64,000 nucleotides of DNA, taken from contig OX597816.1 of NCBI GenBank assembly GCA_951406725.2, forward strand, positions 46,438,001 through 46,502,000. The letters run 5' to 3'. Position numbers and translations under genes: made by a program. Shown one piece after another: positions 25,476-39,217 of this stretch. The stretch is from Octopus vulgaris (lineage: Eukaryota). Under the pieces are notes generated by a model. The model was not told the DNA's origin, ran no database searches, and saw only the letters and a list, made by a program, of their open reading frames with translations. Positions within the stretch are counted from its first letter, which is position 1. Each line of letters opens with the position of its first letter.

Positions 25476-26230
25476 AAAAGAAAAAAAACACATTACCTCT
25501 AAGTATAATAATGTTCTCAACTTTTTCAAAGACATTAGTGTCGTAAGTGAAATGATATCCCTTCAACAGCAAAATCGCTGTATTGCCTTGTCAGCTGCTT
25601 TACATCTTACGACTCTATGCTGTGAGAGTAATACATTTGGTTGTCAGATAAGTTCGTTAATTTTTTTCTTATTATTCCTTGGCACTTCATCGTCAGAAAA
25701 GATGTAAAATTTATTCAAATATCAAAAACGATAAACATATATTGTAGAGGAAAAATAAAGTTGAAAGAAAGAAAGAAAGCTACGATAAAAATACTTTTTG
25801 TGATAATTCAAGTAATATTGGAAATAATTAGAATAAATTGATGGAGGTGAAAGAGCTGCCACCCGTCCTCTTCCTCAGATGTTTACTCTTACGAAATATA
25901 GAAAAAAGAAAAAGGAGAAAACCTATCAGGATTTCAAATTCATTATCTTTCATATAATCTTGAATAATTCAATCATATAATTACATGTTCGATTGTTACA
26001 TATATTACACAGATTTCGAGAACCTCCTCTCTGAAGAGATAAACGGAAGATTAACCAAGGATTATGACACTGGGGGAGGAGAATTTTGTAAGTTAGCCCT
26101 CATAGCTATTATTTCAAAATGCGGTCAACTTATTCTTAACTTTATTTATTTATTTGCTTCATTTTTTGTATCCACGTTAGCTGTGGTCGAGTGGTTAGAG
26201 ATGAGAAATATATACAAATAGTTGTATGTA

Positions 26231-26650
<420 letters not shown>

Positions 26651-26769
26651 TTAGAGACAAAACCACTATTTTGCAAAACAAACAAGGAAAGACTTAATCA
26701 ATACATAAAATTTTAATAAATAGTCATATGCGTGGAGGCGCGTAGCTTAGTGGTTAGGGTGTCAGCACC

Positions 26770-27346
26770 ATTTTAGTAGTTTTGACTTTAAGAGTCCCTC
26801 CTAGCGTGTGGCATTTATGTGTAATAATGCCTCCTATATAATATAAACAAATATATTTAAGTGAAAAAATTGATGGATTTTTTCTCTTATGAGGTTTTTC
26901 CCGCTAACTACTTGATAAATTCTTATGAAGATTTTATCCTATTTTTAAATTGTAAATTTAACCAGAGTATATCCAATACTGAATTTTTATTCCGAATAAC
27001 CACGTTGTTACCGAAATGCAATTCGAAAAAGCCCGTCATTTACATAGATGTATAAAGGGTAAACATTTCTACATGCTGCGTTGGATGCGATGGTTGTTCG
27101 CCTGGTATGTTGTTTTTGTTCATTCATTATAAATCTTGAATTATGCTTGCACTGAGGAGTAAAGAGTACATACCATTGCACTGATTACGAAATCACAGTG
27201 TGATATGCAGCTGAATTCTGTTTTTAAATGACTTGCTTCGAGAGTTGGTTTCGGTACGATATGTTTATTTATTTTAGTAGTTTTGACTTTAAGAGTCCCT
27301 CCTAGCGTATGGCATTTATGTTTGATAATGCCCTCTATATAATATA
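26770..27346 (+). mobile_element. Partial-tandem (pLTR/retrozyme-like) element with hammerhead
   Basis: 76 bp direct repeats at 26770-26845 and 27271-27346 (501 bp period) enclose the hammerhead at 27147-27210. Confidence 0.7.
27147..27210 (+). ncRNA. Canonical type I hammerhead motif
   Basis: ttgca-CTGAGGA-gtaa...ttac-GAA-ATCACA g TGTGAT-A-tgcag. Confidence 0.85.
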
Positions 27347-27702
27347 TGTATGTGTGTGTGTGTGTGTATATATATATGTATATACGACAGGCTTCTTTCA
27401 GTTTCCGTCTATCAAATCCATTCGCAAGGTTTTTGGTCGGCTCGAGTTACAGTAGAAGACACTTGCCCAATGTGTCACGCAGTTGGACTGAACCCGGAAG
27501 TACGTGGTCGGGAAGCAAGCTATCATGCGACACAATCACGGTTATGCCTCCATCAGCTAGAAATTTTAAGGAGAGGGGGTAAGACGATTATATCGATTCC
27601 AGTGCTCAACCGGAACTTATACTACCGAGCCGGAGGATGAAAGGCCAAGTCGACCTCAGCAGAATTTTAATAATTCCTGACCCATGGTGATTATTATACA
27701 CA

Positions 27703-27864
27703 GCAGGAGTGGCTGTGTGGTAAGTAGCTTGCTTACCAACCACATGGTTCCGGGTTCAGTCCCACTGCGTGGCACCTTGGGCAAGTGTCTTCTACTATAG
27801 CCTGGGGCCCACCAAAGCCTTGTGAGTGGATTTGGTAGACGGAAACTGAAAGAAGCCCGTCGTA

Positions 27865-27919
<55 letters not shown>

Positions 27920-28105
27920 ATCTGTTTGTCCCCCAACATCGCTTGACAACCGATGGTGGTGTGTTTACGTCCCCGTAACTTAGCGGTTTGGCAAAAAGAG
28001 TCTGATACAAAGAATAAGTCCTGGGGTCGATTTGTTTGACTAAAAGGCGGTGCTCCAGCATGGTCACAGTCACATGACTGAAACAAGTAAAAGAGTAAAG
28101 AGTAA
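27703..28105 (+). mobile_element. SINE family A
   Basis: Near full-length copy; an inverted half copy lies at ~27370-27535. Confidence 0.9.
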
Positions 28106-28253
28106 CCCACCCCTATTACTGACACGTAGCGTTTCTGAAAATCTTACCGTAACGTGGAATTCTGTAATACGAAAAATATTTTCTCATTGAGTTCTATGTT
28201 CATTGAATTCTCCACGTTAACCATGAACGTAAACGCGATGGTTTACTCTTACC

Positions 28254-28257
<4 letters not shown>

Positions 28258-28302
<45 letters not shown>

Positions 28303-28354
28303 GCATCATCATCATCATCATCATCGTCATCGTCGTCATCATCATCATCATCAG

Positions 28355-28386
<32 letters not shown>

Positions 28387-28880
28387 CCACCACGACCTCA
28401 ACCATCATCATATTCTTATCTTCTTTTTTTAAGTGATTCGATTCTATGTAAATCCTCACGTTTTTTTATCGTCCCCTTAATTGCTGGTCAGGTGGTAAAT
28501 AATAATTATCACCGTCATCATCGTCGTTCGTCATCGTCATCATCATGGCCATGATCATCATCCTCCTCATCATCATCATCATCATCATTGTCGTTGTTTT
28601 CGTTGTCATCGTCGTTCGTCATCGTCATCATCATGGCCATCATCATCATCATCATCATCATTGTCGTTGTTTTCGTTGTCATCGTCGTTCGTCATCGTCA
28701 TCATCATGGCCATGATGATGATGATGATCATCATCATCATTGTCGTTGTTTTCGTTGTCATCGTTGTTGTCATCGTCATAACCTCCTCCTCCTCATCATC
28801 ATCATCGTCGTCGTCGTCGTCATTGTTAAGGCTCTCGCCATAATATATTTTCATCATTATTGTTATTATTATTATTATTG
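28258..28880. repeat. (CAT)n microsatellite plus ~73 bp higher-order minisatellite
   Basis: Three copies of catcgtcgttcgtcatcgtcatcatcatggccat...tgtcgttgttttcgttgt between ~28518 and 28760. Confidence 0.9.
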
Positions 28881-29157
28881 CATTTCACATTTCTAGGGCA
28901 TTAATCTTCTCCAGGCAAGCAGAACAAAAAGCAACAACAGAATGGGATAAGAGAGTGTAAGGGGATTCGGGATGGTGAGGAATGTAGGAAATCGTGTCAG
29001 GAACTGGTAGAGGAATAATACAGAGAGGGGCGAAGATGTGAAGGAATTTTCTCCTATGACGAGTCACACATGTTTTGTTCCCTTATTGTTGATGGATTAC
29101 ACATCACCGAAATACAACAGTCTCCCTCTCTCTCTTTCACTCTCTCTCTCTCTTTCA

Positions 29158-29188
<31 letters not shown>

Positions 29189-29277
29189 CTCCTCTCCTTC
29201 TCTCTCTCTCCTCCTTCTCTCTCTCTCTCCCTCCTTCTCTCTCTCTCCCTCCTTCTCTCTCTCCCTCCTTCTCTCTC

Positions 29278-29326
<49 letters not shown>

Positions 29327-29608
29327 GACAAGGTTTTATTAATACAACAAATATCTTCCGGCAGGGCAACTTGTAGCGAGATTTTCAATGAATGCTTTGT
29401 AACAGTGTGAATATATGGCTTGTGGTCGTCGTAGTTATGGTGATGGTGATGATTATAATGATGATGATGGTGATGGTGATGGTGGCAGTTGTGTAGGTGG
29501 AGGGGGGGAGAACATAGTCCCTGTATATGTTCGGTGAAAGAAAGGAAGGGAAGCGTAAATGGGAAGAAGCTGGAACTTGAGGAAAGGGTGAGGACACGAT
29601 AAACAGAT

Positions 29609-29657
<49 letters not shown>

Positions 29658-31104
29658 AGAGAGAAAGAAGTGGGGGGAGTAGAGAGTCAGGACTTTGTGA
29701 GAATTGGCGGCTGGTGTTGATATTAGGGAATATGACTAAACTGTAACAGTTCGCTCTGACTGGTCGACCATTGTGTGTCTCATTATTTCTGAGACTTATT
29801 TAAACACCCACCACTATCATACACATACATACGCACACGCACAGACACATATACACTCACGCACGCACGCATGCATGCGCGCGCTCATGCGATGAGAGAC
29901 ATGAGACATTCTACATGACGGCCCGTTCTGCTAGAAATAGTAGCTAAATCGCCCTTAAAATTGTCTTGGCAAAAAAAGACGACACGTTGGATAATGTAGT
30001 TCTGGAGTTTCCCCTGATTGGAAAACTCTGGATGGTCACGAATGGGAAAGCCTTTATCAGAGTTGACCTGGAACTAAAAAATAACAACAACGGATAGCGA
30101 TTTTGAAAAAAAAAATGCCACTTGAACAATAGCAATTATCATGAAAAACGAAATATGAATGATTTGTACATGCCCCATGAAAAAAAAAAAAAAAAAACGA
30201 AATACGAAAATACCGGGAAAATTTTTTAAATAAAACAAAAATAAACTGCTGCAGACGATAATGACTAATAACAATGTTACTATATTTTTCTCCTTTCTTT
30301 TCTTCATCGCAAAAATTGTATCACTTAATGGCGTCTCAGAAGGGGTGACAGCGCTTCCGACTAGCATAGTTATTGATTAAAATGGGCGACTTGTGAGATT
30401 ATCTCGAAGGCTGAATTTCCTTCTCTTTTATATCTTCTTCACTCTTTCAACTTTGGCAGATAGGGAGGAGGGTGTCGTTTTGTTATTCGTCATCCAAGAA
30501 TTAGATTTTGGAGAACGAAACTCTAAATAAACACAAAGTAATGCACACTTTGAAGTTTCGTCATGCAATTATAAATTCCTATAGAGTTAGTCGTTCATTG
30601 CCAGTAGTCTGCTGCAGATATCATAAAAGAAAAACAAAAACAGGTTATTGTTAAACGTAGTATAGGGGATAAATGTGAAAATTACTTAGAATAAACGTCA
30701 TCTCACTTAATAACAACCATTTAGTGTGTTTAATAAACAAGGTAAGAAAATGTTTATAGAGAATTCAGCGTTTTTCTTCCAAACAGAACACGCACTGCGA
30801 TCCTAATCTAAAAACACATTTTAATGTGAGAAGCACATTTTCTCAAATAAACTGTGAGAAATCACTACAATTTCTACTCTATTTTGTAATCGTTCCGTTT
30901 TCGTTTGGTAGGGATTGTGAGGGGTGCGCTAACCCTAACACACACACACACATCTTATCTCATGCTGGCATCCTGTTTCCTCCTATGCCCTTTTAGGCAA
31001 AATGAACAATATCAGTTCGACTACTGTTATTGAAGCAAATAGGGAACAGCGGTTAAACACTTGTTAATAAATGTAAACGAAACATGTTTCAATGTTTTTT
31101 TTTT

Positions 31105-31512
31105 TTTACTCTTTTACTTGTTTCAGTAAATTTGACTGCGGCCATGCTGGAGCACCGCCTTTATTCGAGCAAATCGACCCCAGGACTTATTCTTTCTTTG
31201 TAAGCCTTGTACTTATTCTATCGGTCTCTTTTGCTGAACCGCTAAGTTACGGGGGACGTAAACACACCAGCATCGGTTGTCAAGCGATATTGGGGGGGGG
31301 GAGCACAGACACACAAACATATACACACACATACATATACATATATAGAGAGAGACAGGCTTCTTTTCAGTTTCTGTCTACCAAATCCACTCACAAGGCT
31401 TTGGTCGGCCCGAGGCTATAGTAGGAGACACTTGCCCAAGGTGCCACGCAGTGGGACTGAACCCAGAACCATGTGGTGGGTAAGCAAGCTACTTACCACG
31501 CAGCCACTCCTA
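31105..31512 (-). mobile_element. SINE family A
   Basis: Full-length reverse copy. Confidence 0.9.
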
Positions 31513-32127
31513 TTTGATATATTTGATGACTGGGCAATTTATTTGCCATAAATAACCAAATAGATAAATACATTCTGAAAACGATGTTTATTTCAACTAG
31601 GAAGTCATTTCGAGCGTCTGATGGTTGAATTAAGTGCCACAGTTTTGTAATCTGCTACTCTGTCAGAATATTAAATTTCTTTTGTTGTTGCAGTGGGTAT
31701 GCGCAGAAATTTGCTTCCTTTATCTTTGTCATTTACTTGTTTCACTCGTTGGCCTGCTGCTATGCTGGGGCACAGCCTTGAAGGGTTTCGTCGAATAAAT
31801 CGAACTCAGTAACTATTTGTAAAGTCTGGTACTTTTTTTGTCTGAATCTGTTTGCCGAGCCGCTACGTTACAGGGACGCAAACAAACCAGCATCGGTTGT
31901 CAAGCAGTGCTGGGAGCCAAGCACAAACACACATATACATTGTTTAATGTCGGACGAATGAGAAAGGGATGCTCAATACGGTTTTTTCTTTATTCTATTA
32001 TTTAAAACTGAAGCTGAAGTTTGTCTCGTAAATCGAGTTTCACGTTACTGAAGATCGTAGGGGCCTGAAACTCTAGTTGTGGGATAAACTCTCAGTATCA
32101 GTTTTAAGTATTAAAAAAGGAAAAAAG

Positions 32128-32160
<33 letters not shown>

Positions 32161-32163
<3 letters not shown>

Positions 32164-32610
32164 TAAGAAATGGAGTTAAACAGAGGTGTTATTCAAATTT
32201 TTATACTTCCAATATATGTTTCGAAGAAAACATTGGTATAATTCCTGAGGGAATAAAATTATGTAAAACAATGTAATCATCTCGTCAGGGAAATTAAAAT
32301 GGTTTATTGATGTGTTTTGTTTCTCTTTTTTTCCCTGACGAGATGATTACATTGTTTTACATCATTTTATTCCCTCGGGAATAATACCAATGTTTTCTTC
32401 GAAACATATGTCGGAAGTATAAAGATTTGAATAACACCTGCGTTTAACTTCATTCCTTAATTTACCTATATTATACAAAAACATTTCACTAAACCCTAGA
32501 ACTCCTACCTTTATAAGTAGGCTGTAACATCCTTGGCACTTATGTGAATTTTTGCTACCCTGGTAACTATTTATTTATATTTTCCGTGTTATTTGTATAC
32601 ATCGAAAAAA
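32161..32610. mobile_element. Inverted PLE 3' ends related to the 8.1 kb element
   Basis: Arms 32161-32293 and 32330-32462. Terminus aaatggagttaaacagaggtgt resembles 8126-8147; abuts (TA)n. Confidence 0.75.
32331..32416 (+). ncRNA. Type I hammerhead motif
   Basis: ttcc-CTGACGA-ga...tc-GAAAC atat GTC-ggaa, with palindromic stem III ACATATGT. A mutated mirror copy lies at ~32207-32292(-). Confidence 0.75.
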
Positions 32611-32617
32611 TACACAT

Positions 32618-32682
<65 letters not shown>

Positions 32683-32683
<1 letters not shown>

Positions 32684-32992
32684 CACGTGATCACGTGACC
32701 GACCAGGTTATCAGATGTTGCTGCGCATCGCTGGTCACAATGCGCTTCGCATTGTTTTAGCTTTCAAATGACGCCACCCCGCTGGCTAAGCGAGCAGGCC
32801 TACAGAAGAAAGAGTGAGAGAAAGTTGTGGCGAAAGAGTACAGCAGGGATCACCACCACCCCCTGCCGGAGCCTCGTGGAGCTTTAGGTGATTTCGCTCA
32901 ATAAACGCTCACAACGCCCGGTCTGGGAATCGAAACCGCGATCCTACGACCTCGAGTCCGCTGCCCTAACCACTGGGCCATTGCGCCTCCAC
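32683..32992 (-). mobile_element. SINE family B, tail 2
   Basis: Homology to family B; 3' end lies in (TA)n. Confidence 0.9.
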
Positions 32993-33766
32993 ATATTATT
33001 GGGGGCGCTTTATGGGGTTACTCTGGGTTTCTCGTCCATTAAGGGGTTGGTCCCTAAACCTGCTGGCAGCTAGGGCCTCGTTATAGTACGGGGCTGCTGC
33101 GTCGAAGGCTTTTTGGCTAGAAATCCTCGGAATCCTCTTACTAACATCTTTTACCAGGTTCTTGAATACAATGGGTGGGTGACAGGAGGCTGCCGATAGC
33201 CAAGATTGAAAGGAAACAATCGTTTACCATCGTTATTTTTGGTGACGGCAAGATGGCGGCGCGAACGGAAATCGATACCTTTAGCGAGGCATTTCCCCCT
33301 CCATGTTTTGACGAGGTCTTAGGCCAACAGGTTTGGGATCTAAGGCCTAATCTAGGATAACCCCATAAACCGGTCTCCTCCATTATAATATTAACTGCTC
33401 TACATCGTAGCGTGTGCTTTTTCTCCGGATTTATGTTTTCCTACAAACGATGTGTGTATGTCTGTTTTATATATATATAGTCCTGGCTGCAATGAATGGC
33501 TGAAACAAATAAAAGAACATACATACATACATACAGTCAGTTAATCAGACACACAGATGGGCTTCCAGTCATATTCCATCTACTATATTCACTCACAAAG
33601 CTTTGATCGGCGCAGAGCCATAACAGGAGACACTTGTCCAACATGCTGCGCAGTGTAAGTAAACCCGAAACTATGCCGTTTTAAAGTGGCCTTTTTAATC
33701 ACCCAGCCATAATATATAGTTTGGCTTTGAAATCATTTAAACCGTCTGGTGAAAGAATTATGTACC

Positions 33767-33998
33767 TATTTCTTTATTACCCACAAGGGGCCAAACATAG
33801 AGGGGACAAACAAGAACAGACATATGTATTAAGTCGATTACATCGACCCCTGTGCGTAACTGGTACTTAATTTATCGACCCCGAAAGGATGAAAAGCAAA
33901 GTCGACCTCGGCGGAATTTGAACTCACAACGTAACGACAGACGAAATACAGCTACGCATTTTGCCCGGCGTGCTAACCTTTCTGCCAGCTCGCCGCCC
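33767..33998 (-). mobile_element. SINE family C
   Basis: Full-length copy; TSD ttatgtacc. Confidence 0.9.
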
Positions 33999-34049
33999 TT
34001 ATGTACCGTAGTCATCCTAAACGAATTACTCTGCCAGCTACAATCCCCC

Positions 34050-34135
<86 letters not shown>

Positions 34136-34633
34136 GTATATAAAGATTACAGAAAACAACGTAGTCAGTGATCATGCTTCATATAATGTACACGTGTTTC
34201 GTAAAACCGAAAAAACGTCAATTACACGAGCATAAAACTCAATTACATGAAAAATGCTGCCAGCCTCATTCGTCGATATTACTCGGCAAATGCCGATATC
34301 AATATCTATCTAGCCACTCTCTCTCTCACTCACTCACTCCCTCTCTCTCTCTCTGTCTATCTATCTGTGTGTGTATATAAAAGCACAGTGCTATCCTTAA
34401 GACAGTGTCATAGCGCTAGTATTTAATTAATTTCATTCAATTAACTAAAATTTATTGGCTTACGTCATTAGATATATTAGCTCTCACTTTACTGTTATGT
34501 CTTCATGTAGCAGACATTGTTGGGGATCTTTCCCAGACAATTCTTTTAAGTTATAACACCACTGTATATTCATTCTCAAGTTTATTTTATATTTCTCAAG
34601 TCATATAAGAACAGTAATAAAGAGTAGAGCAAC

Positions 34634-35133
34634 CAGTGATTCTCAAAATTATTCTGACCACATTTTTTCGATCATCCCCTCCCAGCACACATACAACGAA
34701 AGCAGCACTTCCTTGACGTTAGATCAGCAGCAAATGAACAACAACAACCACAACAATAACAATAACAACAACAAATTTAACATTAGAATCAAGCCTATGC
34801 GTTTCACAAATAAAATCAAACCTAATACACACCAACGTATTTAGGAATATGAAAGGGCAAATTTACATCCCACCTGTTTAACTACATTGTCTTCAGAATT
34901 TCGAAGGGACAGGTGTGCCTAGGGCAGAGATATCAAATTCTCAACATCTGGTAGGACGAGTACAAGAAGTCTTTGATCACTGCATTTAATAAGTTTTGGT
35001 TTGTTTCTTTGTCTGGAACGAAGTTGGGTGACTTAATTAAAGTCGCGCTCTATTGAATATAATCCTGGGAAGGCAATAAAGTATGTCTTGACTTGATTTT
35101 TGTTCCACAGAGCAGGGAAGCGGTCAGAGACTA

Positions 35134-35205
<72 letters not shown>

Positions 35206-36270
35206 CATTACAGATATAGGTTAAAGAATTATTAACTTAATAAATTAATAAATTTTACCAAGTAGTTTCGGTATGGAAAAGAACCATATTCGGTAAAAAC
35301 TTATACAAAAAGTTTTTATTATAATTATATATAATTAGTGGTTTGAGTTGTTTACTGCTCTTTCTAGCGCAAGGCTTTCCTATGATGGAAGCCTCTTAAT
35401 GTGTTTTAATATTACTTATATATATATAACCCAAAATTATCATATATATTTCTGGTTTTATTGTTTTTTAAACTTTGATCTCAGTTAAATATCATTTTGC
35501 AATGAAGCCAATTCTTTCTCTGCTATTCTTGTTTTGTCTCTACTGATATCAAGGAATGAAGCGATCATCCCTTTTGTCATTATAAGCAACAAAAACAAAA
35601 AAGAAAGAAAAGAGATAGATAGATAGGTGGATAGACAGATAGATAGATTGATATATATAGAGAGAGAGGGAGAGACAGACAGACAGGGGAAGGAGAACTG
35701 AAATCTGTCGGATATGTCCCTTGGTAGCCCGCCAAGGGTGTGCGTAATGTCTGGCATGCTCTTCACCTTCAATTCAGAGAGACTCAGATATTTGAAGAGT
35801 TCACGACGAGATAAGGTACGTTTGAATAACTGCAACTTGGACAGAAACTTGGAACGTGATTTGGCTTTAAAAAAGTTAACCTCGTTTCCTTGCAATTGCA
35901 AACTGACTTTGTTGAATCTTATGAATGCATCTGACAAGTAAGCAGTGTTGTGCTTCATGTTTCTTTGTTAATTAAAGAGAACAGAATGGATGACTTGAAA
36001 GACTTCAACAACTGTTTCTAAAAAGTGGATAGAAACGACTCGGGCAATTTTCCATTGACAGCTAACACCTGTGTGCAACTAAAAATGTCAAAAATTTGCA
36101 TTAATTTCAGTGCAAAGTTGTCGAGATTGCCAGGAATGGGAAACATCTACAGCGGCCATTTCAAGAATTTTCTCAAGACAGTCAGGAATTTCACGGCATC
36201 TGTAGACGCTATAAATGAAAGCATCTACACTTGCTTTCATAATTTAATTTGAAAACTTTGATATTTTTAT
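34634..36270 (-). mobile_element. Decayed hAT (Charlie/Buster-type) transposon
   Basis: AYLSDAFIRFNKVSLQLQG...FLSKLQLFKR (35485-35958); hATC-like RFPALW...FIAFP.LYSIER.F..V.QL...QRN (~34910-35130); terminus CAGTGATTCTCAAA at 34634. Confidence 0.85.
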
Positions 36271-36289
36271 TTTTTATTTTACACAAATA

Positions 36290-36680
36290 GGCGTTGGAGT
36301 GGCTGTGTGGTAAGTAGCTCGCTTACCAACCACATGGTTCCGGGTTCAGTCCTACTGCGTGGTACCTTGGGTAAGTGTCTTCTACTATAGCCTCAGGCCG
36401 ACCAGAGCCTTGTGAGTGGATTTAGTAGACGGAAACTGAAAGAAACCCGTTGTATATATGTGTGTGTGTGTGTGTGTTTTTGTGTCTGTTTGTCGCCCCA
36501 ACATCGCTTGACAACCGATGCTGATGTGTTTATGTCCCCGTAACTTAGTGGTTCGGCAAAAAGAGACCGATATAATAAGTACAAGGCTTACAAAGAATAA
36601 GTCCTGGGGTCGATTTGCTCGACTAAAGGTGGTGCTCCAGCATGGCCACAGTCAAATGACTGAAACAAGTAAAAGAGTAA
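36290..36680 (+). mobile_element. SINE family A
   Basis: Full-length copy. Confidence 0.9.
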
Positions 36681-36739
36681 ATGAATTTTAAATAGTAAAT
36701 TTAGCCTCAAGAAACTATAAGATCATACCTGTTAAAATA

Positions 36740-37310
36740 GTTTTCAAATGTTGACAGAAGACCAGCAATTTAGAGTGAAGAAGAAGTCGATAACACAGAC
36801 CCCAGTTTTCAACTGGTACTTATTTTATCGACTCCAAAAGGATGTAAGCAAAGTCGACCTCAGCAGAATTTGAACTCAGAACGTAAAGACGGACGAAATA
36901 CCTATTTCTTTACTACCCACAAGGGGCTAAACACAGAGAGGACAAACAAGGACAGACAAACAGATTAAGTCGATTATATCGACTCAGTGCGTAACTGTTA
37001 CTTATTTAATCAACTCCGAAAGGATGAAAGGCAAAGTCGACCTCAGCAGAATTTGAACTCAGAACGTAAAGACGGACGAAATACCTATTTCTTTACTACC
37101 CACACAGAGGGGACAAACAAGGACAGACAAACGGATTAAGTCGATTACATCGACTCCAGTGCGTAACTGGTACTTAATTTATCGACCCCGAAAGGACGAA
37201 AAACAAAGCCGACCTCGGCGGAATTTGAACTCAGAGCGTTATGGCAGACGAAATACCGCTAAGCATTTTGCCCGGCGTACTAACGATTCTGTCTGCTCGC
37301 CCACTTAAAT
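36740..37310 (-). repeat. Trimeric SINE C concatemer
   Basis: Identical junction gacggacgaaatac|ctatttctttactacc at ~36900 and ~37084. Confidence 0.85.
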
Positions 37311-38503
37311 ACCGGCGAAAAATAGACGAGCTATAACTGAAAGGAGTAAAACTGCATTTTTAGCCTTGTTTTGTACCGAAACATCGTCACAAAGCATTTT
37401 TTATAGAATTATTTGAGTTACTGGATAGAAAAAAAAACAATTATACGCTTCGTATGATCCTAGTCACGTTTTTAATTAACTCATGCAGATCTGCTGATAT
37501 CTCAATATTCTAATCCTTATATAATTTTTTGCTAATTAAACTTAATTATCATAACTGGAAGAGTTTTTGCAATTAGAAGCCTAATTTAGTTGTAAACCGC
37601 CACAAGGGTGTGTGCGTGATGGCACTACACAAAAAATATCCATTACGATAATTAGATTGTTGTCATTAACGCAATATAACTATGTTGTCATTAACGCAAT
37701 ATGACTATGTTGTCCTGTTTCAGTTATTGTACTGTGGCCTTGCTGGGGCACTGCCTTCAAAAGTTTAGTCAAACTAATCTAACCTACTACTTATGCTTTG
37801 ATAAGTTTTGTTTATTACGTCTGGTAATTATTTTATAGGTCGCTTTTGCTGAATCGCTAGGTTGTGGGGACGTAAACAAACCAAAGCCTGTTGTCAAGTT
37901 GCGGTTGGGGACAAATACAGCACAAACACAAAGGCACGCACGCACACACACATACACACACACACGCACACACACACACACACTCACACACAAACATTGC
38001 GGGCTTCTTCAGTTTCTGCCTTCCAACTTCAAATTCAACCTCAAAGTATTAGTCAACCCGTGACTATAGCAGAAGATATTTGCCCAAGGTGCCATACAGT
38101 GGGACTGAACCTGAAAACACGTGGTTATGAAGTGAGCTTCTTAACTACTCAGCCATGCATGCACTTATGTAAAGTATCTAATATTCGTTTTTGGATTTGG
38201 TTTGCAAGATTCTTTATGTGAGTTCGTCTGCATATTCTGTTGTGTCTGGGGAGAGTCATTTTCTTTTGTGCCTTATAATTTAACACACTCACAGGTAAAA
38301 TTTCCACTTATTTCTTATTTTTTATTTTCCTAAGAGTCAAGACTATTGAAAAGGTTGCAAAACGCAACGAAAACTATAAAGCACAAAAAGAAAATGACTC
38401 TCCCCAGACACAACAGAATCTAATATTCCAAAATTATCTAATATTCCAAAATATCTACTATTCCAAAATATCTAATATTCCAAAATTAGTAAACATATGT
38501 ACT

Positions 38504-38695
38504 TGTTGTTGGCATCCTTTTCGTCTTGAGAGACAATGGAGTTGCGCATAAAATAATCTAGTCCGGCTTTTACATTTCATGTCCTAATACATCTGCTGTG
38601 ATTAACACTCCCTCTGGCAGGTGCCGCAAATGTAGCGAAGACTTTGCCTGGCTGGTTGTAATGTCATAGTTTCTTGTTGACATCTTTTCTTGTCT
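38504..38695 (-). mobile_element. 5'-truncated RTE (BovB-like) 3' end with 43 bp TSD
   Basis: YICGTCQREC zinc-knuckle remnant and caacaa tail; TSD at 38461-38503 and 38696-38738. Confidence 0.7.
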
Positions 38696-39217
38696 TTCCA
38701 AAATATCTAATATTCCAAAATTAGTAAACATATGTACTACGTGTGAGAGATTGAAGCATTCAGCACTCTCTATAAGAGATTTGGAATTTTACGCCACTCA
38801 AACAGGGTGTTAACAATGTGCAATACAGTAATAGCCTATATATGTGTATAACATGTCTTTGCATAAGATAATGTTTATTTTGTGTTATATCAACAGGGAT
38901 AAATGAATAATGGAGTACCAAAACAGTGCAGAACTGTTCCACTATCAACCTGCCGCTATCTTTTTCATAGTTAGGGCGACTACTTAGGGTGCCGATAACT
39001 ATAGGAATTGCAAGGTTAGATTATGCTTTTCTGACGAGGTTAAATAAGACCAAAACAGGCCCGAAGTTGTGACCGTACATCAAAACATCTAACAGTCTAC
39101 ATTTAAGTAATTTTGAAGTTGTCTCCGCTACCTATTGTACATACATGCATACATACATATGTATGTGTATCTTAGTACATGTGTGCGTCTGCGCGCGCAC
39201 TTATATAGACAAATATA

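Noticed and set aside
27733-28125. Recurrent peptide YDGLLSVSVYQIHSQGFGRPEAIVEDTCPRCHAVGLNPEPCGW resembling a gene family
   Set aside because: It is the antisense translation of SINE family A.
28154-28896. Poly-His, poly-Met and poly-Ile ORFs
   Set aside because: (CAT)n microsatellite with no domain or convincing exon context.
35253-35298. Hairpin with CCGAA..GAAAC on the minus strand next to (TA)n
   Set aside because: The core lacks G8 and a valid NUH triplet; it is too degenerate.
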